From: Octopus sinensis
Taxonomy: Eukaryota
Direction of reading: 5' to 3'
Length of the DNA stretch: 64,000 nucleotides
Assembly (NCBI RefSeq): GCF_006345805.1
Contig: NC_043003.1
Span: 107,012,001-107,076,000 of the forward strand
The notes under the pieces are model-generated. The model saw only the letters and a program-made list of their open reading frames with translations. It was not told where the DNA came from and did not search any database. Position numbers and translations under genes: made by a program. How positions within the stretch are numbered: position 1 is the stretch's first letter; each line of letters begins with the position of its first letter. This document shows, piece by piece, positions 23,625-37,469 of this stretch.

Positions 23625-24020
23625 TCTTTATATATAAAAATGAGGTTGTGTGCTGTCTGTCTCCTACGATTTAGATTCCTAACTACTCCCACATTTTGCG
23701 GTGCAGTTTAACCAAAACCGGGTATCTTATAGTCGTGATTCATATTGAGCCCTTCTGGGTATTAGCGTGCGTCTACGATGAGTCTACGATTTAAAAAAAA
23801 ATTACCATCAATTTTTCCCATTTTTAATGCATATTTGGCATATATTAGGGAAGTAACTCTCTAAAAATTTATTATTAAATCTCTGAACGTAAAAAGCTAC
23901 AGTAACACCACCCCCTTTGTGGTTAGCCATATTGAGATGGCTATTATACTTAACATCTCTAAAAATGCTTATATAGTTATTTCCCTTACAAACCCGAGCA
24001 ACGCCGGGCGATACTGCTAG
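23625..24020 (+). mobile_element. non-autonomous Helitron
   Basis: A|TC...hairpin...CTAG|T; shares termini with the other copies. Confidence 0.9.
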
Positions 24021-24318
24021 TGTAGTATAGAATACAAATGACTGAGCCGTTACATTCTGATAGTATAAAATAATAGAATTAAAAAAAAAAATTATTAAAT
24101 TATCGAATTATAGAATTACAAGGATGTGGACAATACTTTTCAGAATAATCACAAGATTGTGTTGATACAGAACTGTATCATAACGGCGCAGAGTCTAAAT
24201 ATGGTGAATTTGTGTGCGTGTATATATATGTATGTATATTTAAAAGGTGGATATGTACATATATCTGCATGTTAGCACATAAATTTACACAAATGCACAT
24301 TTGTACATTTAAGTACAC

Positions 24319-24433
<115 letters not shown>

Positions 24434-24566
24434 TAATCCAAACAAGAAAACACAAAAAAACACAACAACACGAGGACGTGGAACAAATATAGTATTATTG
24501 GACGCTCAGGAAAGAAATACATATATATATGTATATATAGATAGATATATATATACATATATATAT

Positions 24567-25040
24567 ATACTAAGTAATTAAGGGTTTAGCAACGAATTGC
24601 CTCACCACACACTGAATTTAGAAATAGCAGTCAAAGAGTTATAGCTATTCTTTCTACTAAAAGGGAGATCTCAGTAAAAACACAGCACTTGAAAGGCAAA
24701 CACAGACAGGTAAGAGAGAATGAAATGACGGCAATCTATCATAAGTCACCCACGGACGTACGTTTCGAAATTAAGTTTTTAGATTGCCGTCATTTCATTC
24801 TCTCTTACCTGTCTGTGTTTGCCTTTCAAGTGCTGTGTTTTTACTGAGATCTCCCTTTTAGTAGAAAGAATAGCTATAACTCTTTGACTGCTATTTCTAA
24901 ATTCGGTATGTGGTGAGGCAATTCGTTGCTAAACACTTAATTACTTAGTATTACTTAAACTTTCCTCGAATGAGGCTTTTACATGCCGAAATCTACTTGG
25001 TGTAATTAATGATTATTCCAAATTAATTAATTTCACCCTA
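24567..25040. mobile_element. asymmetric fold-back element (Penelope-like architecture)
   Basis: Arms 24567-24738 and 24780-24951 (~172 bp) with a 41-bp spacer; right arm continues ~90 bp; homologous to 16571-16919; flanked by (TA)n. Confidence 0.75.
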
Positions 25041-25055
25041 TATTGTTGCTGATAA

Positions 25056-25167
<112 letters not shown>

Positions 25168-25170
25168 TAC

Positions 25171-25227
<57 letters not shown>

Positions 25228-25440
25228 ATATATAATATATACATATATATATATATACATATTATGTTGATAAGGAAGCAATTGTTCAGCATTGATCTAT
25301 CTTTTTGTTGTATTTCGCTTCCCTTATGTTGAAAGTAATGCTGTTTCTGCTGTGGAAAAAATCTTGGTGGCTATACCAGAAAAAGGAGGTATTTCTAGCA
25401 CTAGAGTTAGCCACTTATCGTTAACTCTCTTATATTTATA

Positions 25441-27983
25441 TCATCATCATCATCATCATCATCATCTAACGTCCGTTCTCCATGCTAGCATGGGTTGGAC
25501 GGTTCGACCGGGGATCTGGGAAGCCAAAAGGCTGCACCAGGCTCCGGTCTTATCTGGCAATGTTTCTACAGCTGGATGCCCTTCCTAATGCCAACCACTC
25601 CGTGAGTGTAGTGGGTGCTTTTTACGTGCCACCTGCATGGAAGCCAGTCGAGGCGGCACTGGCTTCGGCCACAATTCGGATGGTGCTTTTTAGGTGCCAC
25701 CGACACGGAAGCCAGTCGAGGTGGCGCTGGCATCGGCCACGATTCGGATAGTGCTTTTTACGTATCTCCAGTCCAGGGGTTCTGGCATCTGCCGGGTACC
25801 AGTCATAGGATTGGTTCAATTTCGATTCCGATTTCGATTTCACTTGCCCCAACAGGTCTTCGCAAGCAAAGGGGGGTTGGCATAGGTGCCTGTCGTTGGA
25901 TGAGGTTCGATATCGACTTCGCTTGCCTCAACAGGTCTTTGTGTGTCCAAGGGAGGAAAGGCATGCATACGTGGGCTGGACTCACTTGTCCTGCCTGGTC
26001 TTTTCACGCACAGCATATTTCCAAAGGTCTCGGTCGCTGGTCATTTCCTCAGTGAGACCTAAAGTTCGAAGGTTGTGCTTCACCACCTCATCCCAAGTTT
26101 TCCTGGGTCTACCACTTCCACAGGTTCTCTCTACTGCTAGGGATTGGCACTTTTTCACACAACTATCTTCATCCATTCTCGCCACATGACCATACCAGCG
26201 CAATCGTCTCTCTTGCACACAACAACTGATGCTCCTTAGGTCCAACATTTCTCTCAGGGTACTAACGCTCTGTCGAGCATGCACACTGACATTACACATC
26301 CATCGGAGTATACTGGCTTCATTTCTCGCGAGCTTACGCATATCCTCAGCAGTCATGGCCCATGTTTCACTGCCATGTAGCATGGCTGTTCATACACATG
26401 CATCATACAGTCTGCCTTTCACTCTGAGCGAGAGGCCTTTAGTCACCAGCAGAGGTAAGAGCTCCCTAAACTTTGCCCAGGCTATTCTTACTCTAGCCGT
26501 TACACTTTCAGCACGCCCACCCCCACTACTGACTTGGTCACCAAGAAAACGGAAGCTATCAACTACTTCTAGTTTTTCCTCCTGGAGAGTGATGGAAGTT
26601 GTTCTCTGTACATTTTCAGTGTTTATTGCTCCTGAGCATCTGCCACATACAAAAACTATCCTCCCAGTTAGCCTTCCTTTGACATTGCTGCACCTCTTAT
26701 GTGTCCATAGCTTACACTGGGTACATCTTATAGAGTTTCTACCTACACCTTTTCTACAGATCGAGCAGGGCCATCTTCCTGAAGACGTTTGTGGATTGTC
26801 TACCTTCCTACTTATTAGTACTTTGGTTTTAGCTAGGTTGACTCTAAGGTCCCTCATTTCTAGACCCTCTTTCCACACCTGGAACTTCTCCTCCAGTTCT
26901 GATAGTGACTCAGCAATTAGAGCAAGGTCATCAGCATAGAGGAGCTCCCAGGGGCAACCTGTCTTGAATTCCTCCGTAATTGCCTGGAGGACTATGATGA
27001 ATAGGAGGGGGCTGAGTACTGAACCCTGGTGGACCCCAACCTCTACTTTGAATTCTTTTGTGTACATGTTGCCAACCCTAACCTTACTTACGGCATCCCT
27101 GTACATGGCTTGCACAGCCCTCACCAGCCATTCATCTATCCCTAGTTTCCTCGTTGACCACCTGATAAGGGATCGGGGGACCCTGTCAAAGGCTTTCTCC
27201 ATGTCAACGAAAGCCAGGTACAGGGGCTTATCTTTGGCTAGGTATTTCTCCTGCAGCTGTCTCACCAGAAATATGGCATCAGTGGTGCTTTTCCCTGGCA
27301 TGAAACCAAACTGCATCTCGTCCAAGTTGACTCTCTCCCTAATCAGTTGGGCTATGACCCTCTCTGTAACCTTCATTACCTGATCCAACAGCTTGATACC
27401 TCTGCAGTTATTTGTATCTAGGGCGTCTCCTTTACCTTTGTAGCAGTTGACTAGTATGCTGCTACACCAGTCATTGGGTATGACTCCTTCGTGTATCACC
27501 TGGTTAACTATACGGATGACTAGGTTATAGCTGACACTGCCAGATATTTTGAGCATCTCTGCAGTAATTTCTGATGGGCCTGGGGCTTTCCCTGTCTTCA
27601 TGCTTCTAATTGCTTTAACTATCAAAGAATTGTCAACTCGGATGGCTGGTCCCTCTGTTGGGTTGACATTTGGCAGACTCTCTTTATCCCATTCATTTTC
27701 TTTATTCAGCAATCTTTCATAGTGGCATCTCCAAACCTCTCTCTTTGCATCCTCATTTAGTGCAAGTGAACCATCATCCATGCGGACACATTTCTCTCCT
27801 ACCACATCACGATTCTCTCTCACACACTGTCTTGCAACACGAAATACCTCAAGTCTTTCATCCTCACGGCACAGAACATTGGCAAATTTTTTCTTATCCG
27901 CTTCCCCTCTTGCTAAATAAACCTGTCTCCTAGCTTCCCTTCTGGCTGTCTGATACAATTCCCTGCTACCACCGTTCTTCCAG
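25441..27983 (-). mobile_element. RTE-clade LINE, 5'-truncated, one in-frame nonsense codon
   Basis: ORF2 with QFGF, AFVDMEKAFDRV, GVHQGSVLSP, LLYADDL; TGA at 26390-26392 where other copies have Arg; (GAT)n tail; 3' UTR repeats. Confidence 0.93.
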
Positions 27984-28239
27984 TAGAAAAATACAAACTG
28001 GGACAAGAACATAAAACATTTAGAAGACGATACAAAAAACACAGACGGGACATTCAAAGCCTTCAATCTTCAGTTAAGAACCGGATCATCCTAGCAATTT
28101 CGGCTGATTAATCTTGAGATCGCTCCGATCCGGCCAGCCCCAAGGAAAAACTAAGCTACAAGCATTAGATTTCTTGGAAAAAGGATTGAATGTATACGAA
28201 ATAGGGACAGAAAAACGGACGATGCCACACGAATATAAA

Positions 28240-28979
28240 ATACAAATATATATATGTATGTATAATAATAATATTAGGGAGTAAATCCAAACTTACAGGG
28301 AAAAATTAGATTTAGGATTAAATCTAATTTTACAGTATAAATATATATATCTTTATATATAAAAGTAAAGTTGTGTGAGTGTCTGTCTCCTCCGATTTAG
28401 ATTCCTAACTACTCCCACATTTTGTGGTGCAGTTTAACCAAAACCGGGTATCTTATAGTCGTGATTCATATCGAGCCCTTCTGGGTATTAGCGCGCGTCT
28501 ACGATGAGTCTATGATTTTAAAAAAAAATTTACCATCATTTTTTTCCATTTTAATGCATTTTTTCGCTATTATATAAGGGAAGTAACTCTCTAAAAATGT
28601 CTACGATGAGTCAACGATTTTAAACAAAAATTTACCATCATTTTTTTCCATTTTAATGCATTTTTTCGCTATTATATAAGGGAAGTAACTCTCTAAAAAT
28701 GTCTACGATGAGTCAACGATTTTAAAAAAAAATTTACCATAATTTTTTTCGATTTTTAATGCATTTTTTGATATTTTTTGCCTATAACTCTCTAAAAATG
28801 CTTATATAGTTATTTCCTTTACAAACCCGAGCAACGCCGGGCGATACTGCTAAATTAGAGATAAAACCACTATTAGGCAAATCAAACAGTGAAAACATAA
28901 ACCAATAAATAGAAATAAATTAATTATTATATTAATTAATTTATTGGTTTATGTTTTTCACTGTTTGATTTGCCTAATA
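28240..28979. mobile_element. AT-rich element with ~40-bp terminal fold-back, interrupted by a Helitron
   Basis: 28871-28910 and 28939-28979 are reverse complements (one indel); the long arm continues left past the Helitron. Class uncertain. Confidence 0.55.
28350..28853 (+). mobile_element. non-autonomous Helitron with three 102-bp internal repeats
   Basis: A|TC start; internal units at 28497, 28599 and 28701; hairpin then CTAA end. Confidence 0.88.
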
Positions 28980-28992
28980 TGTATGTATATAT

Positions 28993-29318
28993 ACAATTGC
29001 AGCGTGGAAGGTGTTTGTAAGCCATTTAAGAAACACACAAAAGCCGTTCGATTCACTTCAACATTTAAGTTTAATTTGTCAAAATATTTTCGTCGCTTTA
29101 AGACCGTGACCTGTTCTCTGACAAAAATGTGTGCGTGAACAGGTTGCAGTCTTAAAGCGACGAAAATATTTTGACAAATTAAACTTAAATGTTGAAGTGA
29201 ATCGAACGGCTTTTGTGTGTTTCTTAAATGGCTTACAAACACCTTCCACGCTGCAATTGTTTTCGTTCCAGCACACGATCTCAGATCAAATCACTTGCTA
29301 TGCAAGTACACATCTGTA
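28993..29318. mobile_element. asymmetric fold-back element carrying hammerhead-like motifs
   Basis: Arms 28993-29118 and 29135-29260; outer 112 bp identical, 4 mismatches at the inner end; right arm appears to continue to ~29318. Confidence 0.8.
29135..29178 (+). ncRNA. minimal hammerhead-like motif with G3-C8 core variant (helix I incomplete in this arm)
   Basis: GTGAACA-G-GTTGC/loop/GCGAC-GAAA-ATAT-T-T-TGACAAA; the matching helix I 5' strand TTTGTCA is present in the opposite-arm copy. Confidence 0.55.
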
Positions 29319-31003
<1,685 letters not shown>

Positions 31004-31049
31004 GAACAGTCAAAATCAAGATCAAACCAAATTGAGGTCGATCAACATC

Positions 31050-31510
31050 AGGGCCCCCGTGCCGGTGACACGTAAAAGCACCATCCGTTCGTGGCCGTTT
31101 GCCAGCCCTGTCTGGCCCCCATGTCGGTGACATGTAAAAGCACCATCCGTTCGTGTCCGTTGCCAGCCTTGCCTGGCCCCCGTGCCGGTGACACGTAAAA
31201 GCACCATCTGTTCGTGGCCGTTTGCCAGCCCTGTCTGGCCCCCATGTCGGTGGCATGTAAAAGCACCATCCGTTCGTGCCCGTTGCCAGCCTTGCCTGGC
31301 CCCCGTGCCGGTGACACGTAAAAGCACCATCCGTTTCGTGGCCGTTGCCAGCTCTGTCTGGCCCCCGAGTTGGTGGCACGTAAAAGCACCATCCGTTCGT
31401 GTCCGTTGCCAGCCTCGCCTGGCCCCGTGCCAGTGACATGTAAAAGCACCATCCGTTCGTGGCCGTTTGCCAGTTCTGTCTGGCACCTGTGCAGGTGGCA
31501 CGTAAAAAGC
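31050..31510. repeat. 61/62-bp alternating minisatellite in the RTE 3' UTR
   Basis: AAAAGCACC at 31074, 31136, 31197, 31259, 31320, 31382, 31442 and about 31504. Confidence 0.9.
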
Positions 31511-31668
31511 ACCCACTACACTCACGGAGTGGTTGGCGTTAGGAAGGGCATCCAGCCGTAGAAACACTGCCAGATCTGACTGGGCCTGATGAAGCCTTCC
31601 AGCTTCACAGACCCCAGTTGAACCGTCCAACCCATGCTAGCATGGAGAACGGACGCTAAATGATGATG

Positions 31669-31706
<38 letters not shown>

Positions 31707-32460
31707 ATGTATGTATGTATATGTGTGTGTATGTGTATGCATGTTTGTATGTATGTATTTATGTGTGTATGAGTGTTCGTATATACACATAAGCAGGAGT
31801 ATAGTCACACATTCATACGTGTGTTTAAAACTGTAAATACTAACCCAATGCCGACCTCATCAACGGAATCTCTCAAAAAAAAGCCATAACACTAATAACA
31901 CAAAATTCCATTCACCTGAATTTGACAACAGAATTAAGGTCAGCCTAAATTCAAAACTAAAACCTCGCCATAACTTCGTTTAATCTCATTTATATGTATA
32001 AATCTATTAAAACATTTTCGTTTTGTATTTGGTTTGTAAAATTCTTGAAGTGAACTCGTGTGCTGAAACAGAATATATTGTATCGCGTGTGGGTCATTAT
32101 GCTAACAATAAACACATGTACTGGCTCTATTTCACTTCTTTTATTATTATTTGTCAATCAGTTAACATTTGATCAATTAAATTATAAATTGTTTGATTAA
32201 TCGATCATCTATATTTGCCAAAGTCCTTTTGTCGCCTTTCGAGACCTTATCAATGATATGCGCCCCCACCGCCCATATTTTTTGCTTGCTTTGATTCTCT
32301 AGTTGTATTTATATGGGTGTGAGTGGGAATGTGTGTGTGTGTGAGAGTGTAAGAGAGGAAGAGAGGAAGAGAGTGTGAAAGTGTGTGAGTATGTGAGTGT
32401 GTGTGTGTTAACTAGCTAAATGGCAATGAATTTAATAGCAACAACAACAATAATAATAAT

Positions 32461-33103
32461 CATCATCATCATCATTTAGCGTCCGCTTTCCATGCTGGCA
32501 TGGGTTGGACGGTTCAACTGGGGTCTGTGAAGCCAGAAGGCTGCACCAGGCCCAGTCTGATCTGGCAATGTTTCTACGGCTGGATGCCCTTCCTAACGCC
32601 AACCACTCCGTGAGTGTAGTGGGTTCTTTTTATGTGCCAGACGAGGCTGGCAAACGGCCACGATCGGATGGTGCTTTTTACGTGCCACCAGCACGGTGGC
32701 CAGGCTGGCAATGGCCACGATCGGATGGTGCTTTTTACGTGCCACCGGCACGGATGCCCGTCGCGGCGGGGCTGGCAACGGTCACGTTCAGATGGTTCAC
32801 TTACATGCCACCGGCACTGGTATCACAGATACAATTTCCATTGATGTTGATCGATTTTGATTCTGATTCTCACTTGCCTCAACAGGTCTTCACAAGTAGA
32901 GTTTTGTGTCCCAAGAAGGAAAGGTATGCATAAGTGGACTGGCTACATCCCAGGTAGAGGCCATGGGTTATGGTCTCACTTGTCCTACCGGGTCTTCTCA
33001 AGCACAGCATACTTCCATAGGTCTCGGTCTCTAGTCACTTCCTTGGTGAGACCTAAAGTTCAGAAGTCGTGCTTCACCACCTCGTCCCAGGTTTTCCTGG
33101 GTC
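32461..33103 (-). mobile_element. RTE LINE 3' fragment
   Basis: (CAT)n tail, 3' UTR repeats and the last codons (RPRKTWDEVVKHDF). Confidence 0.88.
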
Positions 33104-33137
33104 AACAACAACAACAACAACAACAATAATAATAATA

Positions 33138-33842
33138 AGCATTAAGACCAAACTACATAAAATACAGAATAGACAACACAGCAGAAGGTGATAAGTGCAG
33201 AATCTGTGGACAAAACGGTGAAACCATATGGCATATTACCAACCAATGTACACCACTAGCCCAGAAGGAATATAAGAGACGCCATGACAATATAGCCACG
33301 CTGGTCCATTAGACACTTAGCAACAAGTATGGGCTTGACAGAGCAAAAAATTGGTACGACCACAAACATGAAGGCATCGTCGAAAATAGAAATGCAAAGG
33401 TCCTGTGTGATTTTATGATTCAGTGCGACCGTGAGATTGAGAATAGGGAGCCAGACATAGTCTTAATTGAGAAAGAAAACAAACTATGCTGGATCATAGA
33501 TATAGCATGCCCAGCTGACAACAAGGTATGCGATAAGGAAGAAAGAAAAGTTGAGAGATATGACAGGTTAGCTTGGGAAGTTAAGCAGTTGTGGTCGATG
33601 CAAAAGGTAGCAGTAGTACCAGTAATTGTCGGAGCGCTGGGAACAGTGAGCAAAAATCTCGAGAAGTATATGGAACAAATAGGGGCTGCCATAAGGGTGG
33701 AGCACTTGCAGAAAACAGCACTGCTTGGAACCGCTCGAATACTCTGGAAGGTGCTCGAAAAATAAGAGGTGTTACCTTAGTTCACTGGTAGTGAACAGCT
33801 GCCACCGTGTTGCATCTCCAGCGTTAGAAGCTGCGCAGAGGC
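33138..33842 (+). pseudogene. R4/Dong-like RLE LINE 3' fragment between (AAT)n tracts
   Basis: DKCRICGQNGETIWHITNQC (CCHC), RRHDNIA, EPDIVLIEKENKLCWIIDIACP, VVPVIVGALG..LQKTALLGTARIL. Confidence 0.88.
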
Positions 33843-33896
33843 AATAATAATAATAATAATAATAATGATAATAATAATAATAATAATAATAATAAT

Positions 33897-34454
33897 GCCC
33901 TGATGCAGTACCAAGCAGTGGCTCTCATGGCTTTTGATCTTAACTGATTGGAAGTGTTATCATGTACATTGTTTTCTCTTGGTATAAAAGATGGGCTACA
34001 GCAAATATTCTGCTCAATACCACAGATTTGCTTGTCAGTTGTTTGACCTTAACCAGTTGAGCATATCCCTTAGTGGCTGACGATATATGCATCTCTGATC
34101 ACGAGCAGAAGTAGTGGGGGGGGGGGCATCATAGCCATGTGTTGAGAGGGATTCTTTGGGGTTTGAATAGTTCACCTCTGGAAACATGGGTGGTTCTTTC
34201 AACATCCTTAAACAACCCTTATTCAGGGACCTTTCGAGTGGGATGGGCTACTCAACCTGAAGAAAATTCTAACTGGGCCCCACCTGCAAGGTCATGTGCT
34301 GTTTATCTTGATATGAGATCACCATGTCGCGCACATATGGTTGTGATGCATGTGCCTGGTGTACCCTTATCAGACGGGTAGTCATGATGGGTATATTGGG
34401 CTTCGTATATTTCACCCCAGTGTCACTTTGATGGCATGAACTGCTCTCTCACTC
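33897..34454. mobile_element. unclassified ~560-bp non-coding element flanked by (AAT)n
   Basis: Sharp boundaries against AAT repeats on both sides; no tRNA boxes, TIRs or convincing ORF; single copy in the window, so mobility is inferred. Confidence 0.45.
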
Positions 34455-35379
34455 AATAATAATAATAATAATAAAAAGAAGCGAAATGGAAGCGGTACAG
34501 AAGTGGAGATTAAGCCACAGTATTGAATTGAGCCTGTAGACTCGTGGGGCTCTGGCAACTACCTTGTGTGTCCATGCCTTAAGACAGCGCTACTCCACCA
34601 TTCTATACAAGCTCAATTTATCACATATGTAACCAGTATTTTTCTGCCAAGCTGTTTCCCAGTGTTTCATGACCATGTCACATCATCAGAGAGCCTGTTT
34701 TTGACAGTATCACCTAAGCAGTGAGGCAAAGCTAAGGTTGATTAAACTGTTCAGGATGTATATTAGAAAGTCTCTGAAACCATGGTGCCTAAAGATTGGA
34801 AACGAGTAAACTTTGAGTTGAACGATTCACGTAGATTTGGCTTTAACGAAATACCTCGGCAGGGGATTATACATGTATACATGTATGTATGTATAAAAGA
34901 AATTACACTCGCAATCCACTACAGCTCAAAAAATATATTCAACCAGTAATGTTACCCGTTCTTGAATGTAAGCGTTGGCAAAGGGAATATCATATACAAC
35001 AAATGTTTATAATAAATTCCAACTCAAACACGAAGTTTGTAAACTTTGTAACTCAAACATGTATACAAGTGGCCATACAAGCACAACACTTTCCTATCAC
35101 CTGACCATGCATTTACAGCAAAAAAAAAAAAAACAAAAAAAAACATTGCAATATCATACATGAAAGAATACTCGATAGGAAAATGATAGTTGGCATCATT
35201 ACAATTCTATTCAGAATACTATGAAAACTGAGGAGAGAATCTACAATTGTTTTGGTAATATGAAAATATACGCCAAAAATGCATACAAAATTAACCTCAA
35301 AGACAGGCTTGATTAGTGAATAATAAATTCCGTGTCTTAAAACAATAAGAAGAAAAATCACCATTTTTCCTGTTTCTTT

Positions 35380-35680
35380 ACAACATTTGACAAAGTGCAT
35401 TAATGTACCCCATTCTACAATCCTTTGCTGAAGCATGGAACAAACTGCCAGCATCAGTTGTTAGTTGTCGGAGCACTGCATCCTTCAAAACTTCCATGCT
35501 TTCTGAGATTCACCAACACTACACCTGATTTTCTCCCCTCCGTACACACACAAGCATGTATCTGACTCATACATTGTTCGCTTTCCAGACATTTTTACAT
35601 TACTGCATGTACTTTATATGCACTGTCTGACAAGTTGTGGTGCACCTGAGCACTGTATACAATAATTTCATTATTATTAT
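35380..35680 (+). mobile_element. CR1-like LINE 3' end
   Basis: AEAWNKLPASVVSCRSTASFKTSMLSEIHQHYT*; terminal hairpin GTGCACCTGAGCAC and (ATT)n tail. Confidence 0.75.
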
Positions 35681-35803
35681 TTTTTAAAATGGAAGTAAGA
35701 TAGTCATGAAACGTTAACGGCTTACAGAATTTGGAACACTATTGGACCAAACTGTATAAAGGACTAGTAAGGAAATATGAAAAACTTGTAATAAAAAACT
35801 CAA

Positions 35804-36575
35804 GCATTTGGCTGTGCAATTAAGGGACTAGTAATGCAGCCACGTGGTTTCAGGTTCAATCCCATTACATGGCACCTTGGGCAAGTCCTGGGCCAACCAA
35901 AGCCCTGTGAATGAATTTGGTGGAAGGAAACTATGAAGACCCGTCGTGTACAAATGTCTGTGTGTCTGTATTTGTCCCATCCACTGCCTGACAAGCGACG
36001 CTGGTTGGTCTAAGTCCGTCCCCGTAACATAGCGGTTTATCAAAAGAGTCCGATAGAATAAATACCAAAATTTTAAGTAAAATAAGTACTAGAACCAACC
36101 TGTTTGGCTAAAACAATGCAAGGTGGGGCTCCAGCATGGCCGCAGGCCAATGACTAAAATTAAGGGAAGCACTCCGTCAGTTACGACGATGATGGTTCCG
36201 GTTGATCCGAATCAACGGAACAGCCTGCTCGTGAAATTAACGTGTAAGTGGCTGAGCACTCCACAGACACATGCACCCTCAACGTAGTTCTCGGGGATAT
36301 TCAGCGTGACACAGAGAGTGACAAGGCCGGCCCCTTGAAATACAGGTACAACAGAAACAGGAAGTAAGAGTGAGAGAAAGTTGTGGTGAAAGAGTACAGC
36401 AGGGATCACCACCATCCCCTGCCGGAGCCTCGTGGAGCTTTTAGGTGTTTTCGTTCAATAAACACTCACAACGCCCGGTCTGGGAATCGAAACTGCGATC
36501 CTATGATCGCAAGCCCGCTGCCCTAACCACTGGGCATTGCGCCTCCACAATGACTAAAATAAGTAGACAATAAAA
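35804..36575 (+). mobile_element. old SINE A-related copy whose tail is interrupted by a SINE B
   Basis: Diverged family A body; tail motif AATGACTAAAAT duplicated around the SINE B. Confidence 0.7.
36165..36548 (-). mobile_element. SINE family B, full length, 12-bp TSD
   Basis: Reverse complement of 2795-3180; AATGACTAAAAT at 36149-36160 and 36549-36560. Confidence 0.9.
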
Positions 36576-36887
36576 ACAAGTAATTTTGTCTTTAATTCGT
36601 ATTTGAAAGAGCTGTTGCCAATGTGCACAGATTTAGCATGCACACACGCGCACACACACACACATGCACACATGCGCCCAATAAAGTATCAGATGACGCA
36701 ATTAACTCCGGAATTATTCGAATAACTCCAAATTTAATTGTATCTGATGAAATGTTATTACACTGTGTTATTATACTCAACGGGTGGATTAAGTACTATT
36801 ATAAATTTGATTCTTATTTGCAAATTAGTATGAAGAAGCTTTAATAACAATAATAATAATAATAATAATATAATAATAATAATAATT

Positions 36888-36918
<31 letters not shown>

Positions 36919-37024
36919 TAATAATAGCAACAAAAACAACACTAATAGTAAGAAGAAGAAGAAGGAGGAGGAGGAGGAGGAGGACAACAACAGTAATAAT
37001 AAAAATAAGAAGAAGAACAACAAC

Positions 37025-37427
37025 AATCCTTTCTACTCTAGGCACAAGGCACGAAGTTTTTGGGGAGGGGGGCCAGTTAATTAGATCGACTCCAGTACGC
37101 AACTGGTACTTAATTTATCGGCCCCCAAAAGGATAAAAGGCAAAGTCGACCTCGGTGGAATTTGAACCCAGAACATGAAGACAGACGAAATACCTATTTC
37201 TATATTACCCACAAGGGGATAAACACAGAGGGGACAAACAAGGACAGACAAAGGGATTAAGTCGATTACATCGACCCCAGTGCTTAACTGGTACTTATTT
37301 AATCGACTCCAAAAGGATGAAAGGCAAAGTCGACCTCGGCGGAATTTGAACTCAGAACGTAGCGACAGACGAAATACTGCTAAGTATTTTGCCCGGCGTG
37401 CTAACGTTTCTGCCAGCTCACTGCCTT
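37025..37427 (-). mobile_element. SINE family C heterodimer (two different tails)
   Basis: Head plus unit with tail CCCTTGTGGGTAATATAGAAATA, same junction, then a second unit ending CCTTGTGCCTAGAGTAGAAAGG. Confidence 0.82.
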
Positions 37428-37469
37428 TGCAACAACAACAATAATAATAACCAATTCCTTGTAGTCATA

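Noticed and set aside
24960-25000. CGAATGA-GGC..GCC-GAAA as a hammerhead
   Set aside because: U4/G5 are not conserved, there is no NUH, and the sister copy at 16621-16660 lacks GAAA.
26390-28066. 558-aa ORF as an intact LINE protein or host gene
   Set aside because: The N-terminal ~28 aa come from flanking DNA past the 5' truncation; there is no endonuclease domain; it ends at a premature stop.
28085-28150. Minus-strand GGCTG..CAGCC-GAAA-TTGC-TA as a hammerhead
   Set aside because: The core position reads TTGG rather than CTGANGA or a covariant, and helix III is not palindromic.
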